A DNA stretch of 64,000 nucleotides, from NCBI GenBank assembly GCA_965223865.1, contig OZ245020.1, forward strand, positions 1,472,001 to 1,536,000. The letters are read 5' to 3'. The stretch comes from Nitrosarchaeum sp. Its GTDB lineage: Archaea; Thermoproteota; Nitrososphaeria; Nitrososphaerales; Nitrosopumilaceae. Of this stretch, positions 51,909 to 60,903 are shown piece after piece. Numbering within the stretch: position 1 is the stretch's first letter; each line of letters starts with the position of its first letter. The notes under the pieces are model-generated. The model saw nothing but the letters and a program-made list of their open reading frames with translations, did not search any database and was not told the origin of the DNA. The position numbers were made by a program, and so were the translations under genes.

Positions 51909-52087
51909 GTGATGTATTCATAAAACTTCGAATTAATTCTCACAATGAACAAAAGCAATTGTCTTGTATAGTATCTGAACCCTATATCCCTGGGTTATTC
52001 ATGTTAAAAGAGGCAGCCAATCTACTTACAATCAAAAAACCACAAGAAGATTTTGATTTCTTTTATTTGATACAGATCTCACATTAA
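51909..52087 (+). pseudogene. endonuclease V remnant
   Basis: EPYIPGLFMLKE at 51977-52012 (EndoV PYIP wedge plus catalytic Glu) followed by DFD; stops and frame changes upstream. Confidence 0.55.
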
Positions 52088-52128
52088 TAGAATGAAAAAG
52101 GTATTAGGTAATTTAGACAATATGTATC

Positions 52129-52446
52129 ATGGCAAAAGTAAACTCTAGCATGAGATCTATAAAAAAGAATTCAAGAACATATTCAGATTCTTCTAAAATC
52201 AAATGTCCTACATGTGGCTGTGATTCGATTTTCAATATTGATGGGGCAACATCTGGTTTTTTGTATAATTATAATTATGAATTCAAGGGCTATGGAAATT
52301 ATTCTTTTAGTCAAGAAATTATCAAAGTTCAAAAATGCCCTACATGTGACAAATTGAGATTATTCACACCGGATGGTCCTTTATCTCATTCAAAGTTCAT
52401 AGAAATAAAAAAGAAAGTAGAAAAAATAATATCAGAATACAAATAA
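52129..52446 (+). CDS. Zn-ribbon hypothetical protein
   Basis: CPTCG...KCPTCD. Confidence 0.75.
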   Translation: MAKVNSSMRSIKKNSRTYSDSSKIKCPTCGCDSIFNIDGATSGFLYNYNYEFKGYGNYSFSQEIIKVQKCPTCDKLRLFTPDGPLSHSKFIEIKKKVEKIISEYK

Positions 52447-52482
52447 TTTCTAATTTAGATAATATTTTGGTAAAATATCAAT

Positions 52483-53904
52483 TCAAATTTTTGTAAATGT
52501 GATTTGAAACCCATCTGGGGTATTACCTGAAAATTGAGTATACGAATGATTCTGTACGGTTATTACATAATTCCATGGAAGTGATCCATTTAACATTCCT
52601 TGTAATCGTAGAATCTTGTTTTGTTGATCAAATTGCCAATATCCGTTTATAATTGATCTTTGATTTAATGCCTGCTCAAGCAAATCAACATAAAATTCAC
52701 CTGCCGGACTAAATTGTACTTGTCCTACACTACCAGTTAAATTATTGATAGAGAAATTCCAACTTCCAATTGGACTAAAGACAGTGGGAGTGGGCGTAGG
52801 TTCAAATTTGTTAATTTGAGAAGGTTCAGATGTCTGTGAATCTTTAATTTTTGATATGTTATCTGCGATTTCTTCTTCTAATTTACCTCCAAATTTTTCT
52901 AACAACCCTCTTAATGTTATGCTGGGAGTTTTATTGACATCTGTTTTTCGTTTTTTGGTTTCTTGTTTGGGTGCTAATTGTTGTTTGTTCATTTGCTTTT
53001 GAACTAATTCTTCTATAATCGATTTTACTGAAGATTTATCAATCTTATTTCCCATTTGTTCCTCAACTACTTTTTTGACTATCTTTTCAATAGTATCAGA
53101 ATCAACAGCATTTCCTTGGTTTGGTTTTGCTAAACTGGGATATTCGGCAAGAAAGATATCCCCACTTCCGTCAACTTTTCTTGTAGGTCTTTGATCTTGT
53201 GAGAAATCCAGCATTTTTTCATACACATAATTTCCCAAAGAATGTGGTGTGACATAACCGTCTTTATCAACTGCCGATGAATTAGAACCATTCAAACCAT
53301 TATTGATGTGATAAGTAAAGACACTATAGGAGTTATCTTTTTTTGCAAACGACTCTTGAGAGCCAAGAGATGAGGCCAACACATAACGCCCTTCACCTTC
53401 TTGCTTGAAACTATCTTCAATCTTTCTTTTTCCAATCAGTGCCTTAGATTTTTCATCTCCTTTGCTTGGAACATCTAGCGCACCACTATAGCAGCAATCA
53501 ATGATTTTTACTATCTTTGTGGAGTTACTATTCCGGGATATTTTTGAAAGATCATCATAACTATAGCCTTCAAGATCTGGTTTATCAGCCCTTGTTTCAG
53601 AGGTTACAAAATAGTAATCATTTCGTCCATGGGGGACCCCATGTCCTGAATAATATAACAATAATGTATCATTAGAATTTACATCATCTCCTCTAAAAAA
53701 TTTCTTGATAGCTTTTGTCATTTCGTAATGATCTATTCGTCCTATTAGCTTTCTTTCAGGTGGAATTTCAAATCCTATTTTTTTGAGAGTTTTAAACATT
53801 AATTCACCATCATTTTTTACAAAATCTAAATTTGGAAAGTGATCGTATTTACTAATTGCAACTATCATAGCTTTTTTTCTGTCTTGCTTTTCTGTTTTAG
53901 ACAT
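52483..53904 (-). CDS. caspase-family (peptidase C14) protein with coiled-coil linker and C-terminal beta domain
   Basis: KAMIVAISKY, LLYYSGHG (His), IIDCCYSG (Cys), SVFT..I..GL.G...D.DG.VT...L..YV. Confidence 0.9.
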   Translation of the reverse strand: MSKTEKQDRKKAMIVAISKYDHFPNLDFVKNDGELMFKTLKKIGFEIPPERKLIGRIDHYEMTKAIKKFFRGDDVNSNDTLLLYYSGHGVPHGRNDYYFVTSETRADKPDLEGYSYDDLSKISRNSNSTKIVKIIDCCYSGALDVPSKGDEKSKALIGKRKIEDSFKQEGEGRYVLASSLGSQESFAKKDNSYSVFTYHINNGLNGSNSSAVDKDGYVTPHSLGNYVYEKMLDFSQDQRPTRKVDGSGDIFLAEYPSLAKPNQGNAVDSDTIEKIVKKVVEEQMGNKIDKSSVKSIIEELVQKQMNKQQLAPKQETKKRKTDVNKTPSITLRGLLEKFGGKLEEEIADNISKIKDSQTSEPSQINKFEPTPTPTVFSPIGSWNFSINNLTGSVGQVQFSPAGEFYVDLLEQALNQRSIINGYWQFDQQNKILRLQGMLNGSLPWNYVITVQNHSYTQFSGNTPDGFQITFTKI

Positions 53905-54022
53905 TATCTAGATCATGTTTGTTTTATCAAGAATTAATTATTTTCCAAAAAAATTCAAAATCATCATTTATGAGAGAACAAGTAAATGCTGACTTTTAAT
54001 AGTTTGATTTGGAGTCTATACT

Positions 54023-54289
54023 ATGTCTGAAGAGAACAAAGTGGAATTACTCTTCTCCAAAGAAGGAATACCCACAGACACAGGATACCAAAGTAAAGGT
54101 CTCATGGAAAATAAGTTTAAGGGATTTTCCACATCTGTTGATAAAATAATTCAGCGATTTGACAAATATCAAGTTGAATCTATAGAATTATGGATACAAG
54201 CTGCTGCAGAAACAGATGGAATCCTCAAACTTCTAGTTAGTGCCAAAGGTGAAGGAGGAATGAAAATTACTTTAACCCCAAAAAATTAG
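54023..54289 (+). CDS. Pepco/Trypco-like small beta-hairpin protein
   Basis: Helix then YQVESIELWIQAAAETDG.LKLLVSAKGEGGMKITL; divergent from the caspase gene. Confidence 0.6.
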   Translation: MSEENKVELLFSKEGIPTDTGYQSKGLMENKFKGFSTSVDKIIQRFDKYQVESIELWIQAAAETDGILKLLVSAKGEGGMKITLTPKN

Positions 54290-54364
54290 ATCAAATCTTT
54301 ATTTTTTTATTTTTCTATTAAGATATAATCACGTAAACAATATTCATTAATTTTGTTACCATAA

Positions 54365-54520
54365 CTATTCCCAGAATCTCTGGCAGTTAGCAATGCACCA
54401 AGAATAATCAGACTCCTCATTTGAATCACCCATACACTTTCCGCCTTTTTCTTTTAAATGGGATTCTAACTTGTGTTCACAGTTTTTACAAATGTTTTCT
54501 ACGGGTTTAAATTCAGACAT
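54365..54520 (-). CDS. 51-aa Cys/His-rich microprotein
   Basis: Manual translation MSEFKPVENICKNCEHKLESHLKEKGGKCMGDSNEESDYSWCIANCQRFWE. Confidence 0.7.
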   Translation of the reverse strand: MSEFKPVENICKNCEHKLESHLKEKGGKCMGDSNEESDYSWCIANCQRFWE

Positions 54521-54632
54521 AACATTTACTCAGAAACACATTCTAATAAATTTAAAAAAAATTAGAGAATATAATCTCAAAAATTGATTAAAAAATTTAC
54601 AATCTATAATTTAAAATTAATCAAATTTTCAC

Positions 54633-54863
54633 TTACCCTACTTTCTCACTGTAATGATACCTTAGAATATTTTTCATCAAAGGATAGTAAATCTCATTGG
54701 ATTTGTGAGATGATTTGCTGTGAGATAATAGCTTTTCACAGTACTGTCTCTCCTCTGCAGTTAACTGCGATGAATGCAGATAGTTTTTCTTTGCAGCCAA
54801 ATCATACAAGAATGAATAGTATTCTTGGAGTATCTCTTTTTCTTTTACTTCTAATAGACTCAT
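54633..54863 (-). CDS. hypothetical protein
   Basis: 76-aa helical ORF. Confidence 0.7.
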   Translation of the reverse strand: MSLLEVKEKEILQEYYSFLYDLAAKKNYLHSSQLTAEERQYCEKLLSHSKSSHKSNEIYYPLMKNILRYHYSEKVG

Positions 54864-54929
54864 TTGTATTTCAAAAGTGTCATTGCAGACAAATTATTTA
54901 GGACGTATCTTACTTTTTGATTATTCTAG

Positions 54930-54975
54930 GTTCAAGATTTGAATTTTTTTAACTAGTTTAGTTCAATTTTTGAAC
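54930..54975. promoter_or_regulatory. paired RTTCA-N5-TGAAY operators upstream of the Lrp-family gene
   Basis: TTCAAGATTTGAA 54931-54943 and TTCAATTTTTGAA 54962-54974, 31 bp apart. Confidence 0.55.
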
Positions 54976-55012
54976 ATCTGTGGGTATCTTTGCAATATGA
55001 GACTGAATAAAC

Positions 55013-55618
55013 ATGACTATGGCACAAACACTTTCCAAAAATAACATCATAATTGATGATATTGACAGACAAATTCTAAACTTGTTGATTTCAAATGCAA
55101 GAGATTCAACTAGAACTATTGTAAAGAAACTAGCAGGCATGGGAGTAAACATGTCTGAACGAGGCATAGGTAAGAGAATAGCACGACTAGAAAAACTAGG
55201 CATAATTCATGGCTATACCACAATGGTTGATCTCAATCAGGTAAACATGCCAATTTTGAGACTAGTTACTGTGAAATTTACATCTCCAAAAGACTTTGTA
55301 ACCAGACTAGAAGAGATGAAAGAGTATCTAAATGACGCACCATACTGTGACTTTTCAGCAAGAACAAATGGGAATATTGACTGGATTGAGCTGAAATTTT
55401 TCAACAATCACGAGCAGGCAAAACAAGAAGAGGATTTGTATCGAGCATGGTTTGGAGATATCATAGAAGATTACAGATCATATGACCTTGACATCCATAA
55501 AATGGGATGGCAGTTATTTGATGAGGATGATTTTAATCGGTTTATCCAAAATATGTGTAAAAGGGAAGGCTCAGAAACCTGTCCAAACATTAAACTCCAA
55601 ACTAGGAAAAAACACTAG
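55013..55618 (+). CDS. Lrp/AsnC-family regulator with atypical C-terminal domain
   Basis: IDDIDRQILNLL..NAR.S, KRIARLEKLGIIHGYT. Confidence 0.88.
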   Translation: MTMAQTLSKNNIIIDDIDRQILNLLISNARDSTRTIVKKLAGMGVNMSERGIGKRIARLEKLGIIHGYTTMVDLNQVNMPILRLVTVKFTSPKDFVTRLEEMKEYLNDAPYCDFSARTNGNIDWIELKFFNNHEQAKQEEDLYRAWFGDIIEDYRSYDLDIHKMGWQLFDEDDFNRFIQNMCKREGSETCPNIKLQTRKKH

Positions 55619-55630
55619 ATAGGCACACAA

Positions 55631-55675
55631 ATTCATTTTCTGAACTGCTCTAAGAGCTCAATTCAGTTTCTGAAT
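55631..55675. promoter_or_regulatory. paired RTTCA-N5-TGAAY operators upstream of the 72-aa membrane gene
   Basis: TTCATTTTCTGAA 55632-55644 and TTCAGTTTCTGAA 55662-55674, 30 bp apart. Confidence 0.55.
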
Positions 55676-55740
55676 AAAATGATACGATATAGTTTGCTCC
55701 ATTTCAAGTAGTTTGACAGCTACATATCATTTGAGAAAAC

Positions 55741-55959
55741 ATGAGTACCTATGATATACAACAAGTCTCTGAGAATACAAAGACAAAACTCGGAGTAATC
55801 GGTCTAGTTGCCTTACCGATAGTTGCAGCAATGTATTCCTCTGGAAGCATGGCCCTAGAACAAGTACCTCAAACACTCACAAGCGGAGTATTTCCAATTG
55901 GGTTTACCTTGTTCTCATGGGGTATTGCTGTGAAATTGGCAACAAAGTTGAGAAAGTAA
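55741..55959 (+). CDS. small two-TM membrane protein
   Basis: Two hydrophobic helices, basic C-terminus, T-rich terminator after the stop. Confidence 0.75.
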   Translation: MSTYDIQQVSENTKTKLGVIGLVALPIVAAMYSSGSMALEQVPQTLTSGVFPIGFTLFSWGIAVKLATKLRK

Positions 55960-56024
55960 TTACTTTTTCAATTTTTTTGTGATTAATTGTTGTGTTAATT
56001 GTCTGGAAATTATAAACAGGGATT

Positions 56025-56438
56025 TCATCCCAGATAAACTTTTTTTGGGGTATAATTAGGATCGTCTGAATATTTTTTTATAAGTTTTATAACATCGTCA
56101 ACAATTTCATGAGGTTCTAGCTCTGGTTCAGTATTTACCATGAGAAGGGCTTTAGAAGAACATGGAATTGTAAGGCGATTAATTTTACCATATTTTGTTA
56201 TTGAATACACAGGCTCTCCTACGACAGATGAATCCTGTTGGCGAGTTTTCCATCTCATGTATGAATGAATGAATGTATCTTGGGTTTTTTCTTTGTCAAA
56301 TAGTCGTGTAACCCCTTTTTGCACTTTTTCAAACAATTGCACATTTCCTGTATAATATACGCCAGAATATCTAATCTTAGAGTCTAGTTTTAGAATATCG
56401 TTATTAAGGCTGTTATAATCCACGTATGTTATTATCAT
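56025..56438 (-). CDS. DUF6659-like (roadblock/profilin-like) protein
   Basis: ILKLDSKIRYSGV...GEPVYSITKYGKINRLTIP; paralog of 60904..61272. Confidence 0.8.
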   Translation of the reverse strand: MIITYVDYNSLNNDILKLDSKIRYSGVYYTGNVQLFEKVQKGVTRLFDKEKTQDTFIHSYMRWKTRQQDSSVVGEPVYSITKYGKINRLTIPCSSKALLMVNTEPELEPHEIVDDVIKLIKKYSDDPNYTPKKVYLG

Positions 56439-56506
56439 AACTAGTAATTTAATTTTTTTATATAAAACGAAAATTTTTAAAAAATCAAATGATGATTTTA
56501 GAATAA

Positions 56507-57127
56507 ATGTTTAATCAAAAAATCCTTAGTGTAATTGATGAACTTCAAAAAAGATCAGATTATGAGGAAGAGCATAAGGAAGAATTATTAGAAAAAAACA
56601 GAATGCTGGCAATAACTCGTAATACCGGAGAATTTTATCATTTATTATTAAAGAGTATATCTGCAAAAAGAATTTTAGAGATAGGACTTTCACATGGATA
56701 CTCTACGCTTTGGTTTGCAGATGCTATTTTATCAGAAACCCCTTCAAAGTCTAGAATTGTCACTGTAGAAAATGATAGTTCTAAGATAAAATTCGCACAA
56801 GAGAATTTTAGGAGAACAGGAATAGAAAATGTTGTAATCATAAAACAAGGAGATGCAATTGAGATTCTAAATGAAATGTTAGAAGAATTTAAAACCACAC
56901 AAAAACCTTTTTTTGACTTTGTATTCCTTGATGCAGATAAAAAAAACAGTATAAAATATTTTGAAATGTGCCTACCCATGCTTAGAAAAAATGGCATAAT
57001 TGCAGCTGATAACGTTTTAGATATGAAAGAAATGGAGGAATATGCCAAGTATGTAAAAAATAGATCAGATATTCAAACGGTTACTTTGCCTATTGGATGG
57101 GGGCAAGAAGTCTCAATCAAATTATAG
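56507..57127 (+). CDS. class I SAM-dependent O-methyltransferase
   Basis: ILEIGLSHGYSTLW, GDA, FDFVFLDADK, ADNV. Confidence 0.92.
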   Translation: MFNQKILSVIDELQKRSDYEEEHKEELLEKNRMLAITRNTGEFYHLLLKSISAKRILEIGLSHGYSTLWFADAILSETPSKSRIVTVENDSSKIKFAQENFRRTGIENVVIIKQGDAIEILNEMLEEFKTTQKPFFDFVFLDADKKNSIKYFEMCLPMLRKNGIIAADNVLDMKEMEEYAKYVKNRSDIQTVTLPIGWGQEVSIKL

Positions 57128-57348
57128 TAAGAAGAGTTTGAAGGAATTCTTAGATTACAATCATAATAAAAGGGTAAGACATATTGAAAACACCATTCTC
57201 ATAATCTAAATATTTGTAAAAAGTAGTTCATAAAAATAGGAAAATTGAAAAAAAATGCTATTGGTGATAGAAGTAAAAGAAGAGTAAAATCAGATTCAGA
57301 ATTTAAAAAATATTTAAGATGGAATAATGGTTGTGAGAATCTTCAGAT

Positions 57349-58197
57349 ATGAATTTTGGTCTTAAACTTGCAATTGGGGTAATTGTAATGATTGTAGTAA
57401 TGGGATTAGGAGCAACAATATTTTCTCCATCAAATGAATATCTATTTGGAGAGGGAGCTGATTCATTAAATCCAGATCCATATCTGATGCACATAGACAA
57501 AGCCAAAGATGCAAAGTCTTGTGATGATGTATCTTGCAAAATTGATGCCATAGATCATTATAAAATGGCATTAGAGATAAACCCGGAGGGAAGAGCAGCA
57601 TTAGATGGGATTATAATTGAATTAATCAATTTGCATAAATTTAATGAAGCATATCAATACTATCAAAAATTAACTAAATTATATCCAGAAAGAAATTTTG
57701 TTGAAATCATCCATGCACCGTCTATGTTCTTAGGTTTGAAGCAATATGAAAATGCGCTAAGTAGTTCTAATGCATATTTAGAAAGAATAGAGGATAAAAA
57801 ATTAGAATTTGCATCTCAATATGCATTAGCATTAAGAGATAAAGCAAGAGCATTAATCGGTTTAGAACAATTTGATGAGGCTATTACAGTAATTGAGGAA
57901 TCCTATGAATTGGATCCATCTGGAAATACTCTAGTATACAAGGGAATAGTTCTGTCTCAGCTAGGAAAATATCAAGAATCACTTGAAATCTTTGAGAAAA
58001 GCAAAACAAATCATGATGGCAATTTCTTATTGCCCTTGCAAAAAGGGATTACCATGTGGAAACTAGATAGACATGATGAAGCCAAGGAAATATTAGAAAA
58101 TATTGAATCAAAGAATTCAGAATCCCATAAATTTATGGATTATGAAATAAATGATGCAAAAGAGGAGTTGAGAAGCCTAGTCAACGAACTAGAGTAA
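57349..58197 (+). CDS. membrane-anchored TPR protein
   Basis: N-terminal TM; several TPR-like repeats. Confidence 0.85.
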   Translation: MNFGLKLAIGVIVMIVVMGLGATIFSPSNEYLFGEGADSLNPDPYLMHIDKAKDAKSCDDVSCKIDAIDHYKMALEINPEGRAALDGIIIELINLHKFNEAYQYYQKLTKLYPERNFVEIIHAPSMFLGLKQYENALSSSNAYLERIEDKKLEFASQYALALRDKARALIGLEQFDEAITVIEESYELDPSGNTLVYKGIVLSQLGKYQESLEIFEKSKTNHDGNFLLPLQKGITMWKLDRHDEAKEILENIESKNSESHKFMDYEINDAKEELRSLVNELE

Positions 58198-58347
58198 CGA
58201 CAATCTTAGAATTATTAGATTCTATTCAAAGAGAAAAGATAACAAATGAGTTGAATCAATATTGAGGAAAAATGGTTGGCAGAAAAAAAGCATACTCAGT
58301 ATTGGAAGTGTCAAAGTGATGTTTGACCATGTACATCACATAAGAGA

Positions 58348-58390
58348 ATAGATAAATCAATACGATATAGATAAATCAATACGATATAGA
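58348..58390. repeat. 19-bp tandem duplication in the promoter region of the CBS gene
   Basis: ATAGATAAATCAATACGAT x2.3. Confidence 0.85.
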
Positions 58391-58441
58391 ATTACTCCTA
58401 ATAATTGAGAATCTTATTCATACGTTAAATAGGAAAATCTT

Positions 58442-59266
58442 GTGGATTTAACATTGCAAATCGCAGATATTGAATTAAAACAATTATTTCCTATATCATT
58501 AACGACTACTCCTGCTGTTAGTATACGCAAAGAAAACAAAATGTGGGTAGCTACAGGAATGCTTGTTCATTATCTAGAATCATTTACTGATTCTCTTGTT
58601 GTGACAGATCAGCAAGAAGAACCAATAGGAGTTTTAGGAGGATTTGAAATAATAAAAAATGTTTTTGAAAATCCGACTTCGGAATTTTTTGACGAAAAAA
58701 ATGTCAGTGACGTTATGGATGAGGAAATAGTCAGAGTATTTTCAGACACAACTCTTCGAGAATTGTTAGAGATATGGCAGAAAACACGTAGGGCATTTTG
58801 TATTTTGCCAAATTATATTGGTGGATATTCAGCGATTTCTGCAAGAAAGTTATTAGAAGTTGGTGCAAACTGCAAAACAGATCTTACAATTTCTGATCTT
58901 CCATCAAAAGAAACCATATCATTTGACTATGGAAATACAATGGGCGAGATCATAAATTCGATGATTATGAATCGTACACGAAAATTATTGCTCAAAAATT
59001 CATCTGCTTTTATTAGTGACAGAGTGATTATCCAAACAATTGCTCAAGAGTTAAACTATCTTCGTAATACTGAAAACTTTTTAGATCTAAAATTTGAAGA
59101 ATCATTTAAAGTTGAAGATATTAAATGTGTCTCAGAGGATCTCAATTTTGCGGAACTATCAAAACTAATGTTCAGTATGATGCATCCTTATGTAATTCAC
59201 AAAGATCAAGTTTATACTCCTTGGGATGTTTGCATGACATTATTATCTGATAAAGTAAATTTTTGA
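58442..59266 (+). CDS. divergent CBS-domain protein
   Basis: DSLVV....PIGVLGG.EI; FISDR.II; YTPWDV. Confidence 0.8.
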   Translation: MDLTLQIADIELKQLFPISLTTTPAVSIRKENKMWVATGMLVHYLESFTDSLVVTDQQEEPIGVLGGFEIIKNVFENPTSEFFDEKNVSDVMDEEIVRVFSDTTLRELLEIWQKTRRAFCILPNYIGGYSAISARKLLEVGANCKTDLTISDLPSKETISFDYGNTMGEIINSMIMNRTRKLLLKNSSAFISDRVIIQTIAQELNYLRNTENFLDLKFEESFKVEDIKCVSEDLNFAELSKLMFSMMHPYVIHKDQVYTPWDVCMTLLSDKVNF

Positions 59267-59551
59267 TAAAATTACTTTAGAATTTTTTGATTACATTTAG
59301 GAGAATAGAAACTAATCATCCATGTCTTTAAGGATGAAAATATTAGGACGTCAGATAAGAGAATATCCAAATCAGTTTAACACCTAATCCTCAGATTCTA
59401 CTCAATTTAGTTTGGTTTAGAACAAAGATCAGGAAGTATGAATGATGTTCTCTACTATTCCGTATATGTACCAAGAATATTAAAACCGGATTTTGGTTGG
59501 TTTGGAGAGTTTATCATGATAGGAGTGATATTGTTGATTTGACGGAGATTC

Positions 59552-60118
59552 TTAAGATGGTGCGTCTTGTTCAGAAAATAAGTTCTCACATCCATGTTTT
59601 TGTGCCCATGATGAATTAGAAAATTCACTGGAACCACAAAATCGATTACTAAGGTATCCTAGCTTTGCGTCAAGCAATTCTTTGTTTAGAATCATATCAT
59701 TACAGTGAACAACACCAATAAGTTTGCTGGGTCCTTCAGGAGGTTGCCCATCATCTTCATCAACCAGGGCTTTAGAGCCAACGGGACAAATAGTTTCAAT
59801 AAAATTTTTTGAATCTATTCCATCATATCCCTTTAGTGTAGGTGCAGATGCTAATGCAAATCGTATAGATTTATCATCCACATGAATGGTATTTCCATCA
59901 ACTATTTTGGTTACTGTTCCAATGAAGCATCGGGCATTTCCTGAACATTCTTGAAGAGAATATTGAGAAGTCTGAATTTCTAGGGGTTCAGCAGAGATAG
60001 GGATTGAATGTTCTTGCGTATTCTTATCAGAAGAGCGAGATTCAGGATCAGAAGTTGAAATGATAAAAATAAGTCCTATTATAGGAATTATTGCCAATCC
60101 AATCAATTTTTTGTTCAT
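59552..60118 (-). CDS. membrane-anchored thermonuclease (SNase)-like protein with degenerate active site
   Basis: GTVTKIVDGNTIHV...IRFALASAPT...LN.ELL...LG. Confidence 0.8.
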   Translation of the reverse strand: MNKKLIGLAIIPIIGLIFIISTSDPESRSSDKNTQEHSIPISAEPLEIQTSQYSLQECSGNARCFIGTVTKIVDGNTIHVDDKSIRFALASAPTLKGYDGIDSKNFIETICPVGSKALVDEDDGQPPEGPSKLIGVVHCNDMILNKELLDAKLGYLSNRFCGSSEFSNSSWAQKHGCENLFSEQDAPS

Positions 60119-60463
60119 AATATTTTTTACTTTTATGTGGTTAATTTTATTTTTTTTCTTTTATGTTGGATAATTCTTTGATTTCTTTTTAAGAATATGT
60201 CATGTAAGAGCATAAGGTTGATGTTATGAGCCCTTCTGTTAATAATTTTAGGAATTCAAAATATGGTTTTTTTATTTACTAATACAATTACAGTTTGAAA
60301 AAGTTTTTTAATTTTTTCTTGGTTCAAATTTGGGTGGGAGCACATTGTGCTGGGAATATGGTCAGTGATTTAATTTTAGAACCACAATTTAGTTCTAATT
60401 CACACAGATGATCATCCTTACATTCTTCAAAAAGTTTAGATATTTTGTTAAAGATGTGGGAAT

Positions 60464-60613
60464 ATGGGTATTGAAGCTAGAACTGTTGAAGAAATCGAAA
60501 CTGAAATTCAGCAGTGTATAAAAAAAATGCATGACAGTATCAATGACAAAGAGAAATTAGCATTTTGGGAAGGAAAACTTGCTGCACTGAGATGGGTTCG
60601 TGGAAGAGATTAG
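60464..60613 (+). CDS. 49-aa helical microprotein
   Basis: Manual translation MGIEARTVEEIETEIQQCIKKMHDSINDKEKLAFWEGKLAALRWVRGRD. Confidence 0.65.
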   Translation: MGIEARTVEEIETEIQQCIKKMHDSINDKEKLAFWEGKLAALRWVRGRD

Positions 60614-60903
60614 TTTGAATAATAGCTAGCCATACTGTCTTTTATTTCTGATTTCTAAGTGGTTCTCTTGGTTGAATCCCATTCAATCTTTCCACTCATA
60701 TCAAATTCTTCATTACGAGGGGTCTCACATAATACTATCAAAACCAGTGTTCAGGCATAATGAGCAATTCAACATAAGTCATCCAGCAGGACAGTCTTTC
60801 TTCCAAATTAGAAAAAGCATTTCAATCCTTCTGACACTCATGTTAGACATATTTACAATAATGCAAAGGTGTGGCACAAATCAATTTTCATCATATCAAA
60901 AAG

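Noticed and set aside
30108-58301. TACYNRGTA palindrome upstream of sod and CBS genes (30108, 46898, 58293)
   Set aside because: By rough estimate a degenerate 9-mer like this is expected several times by chance in 64 kb.
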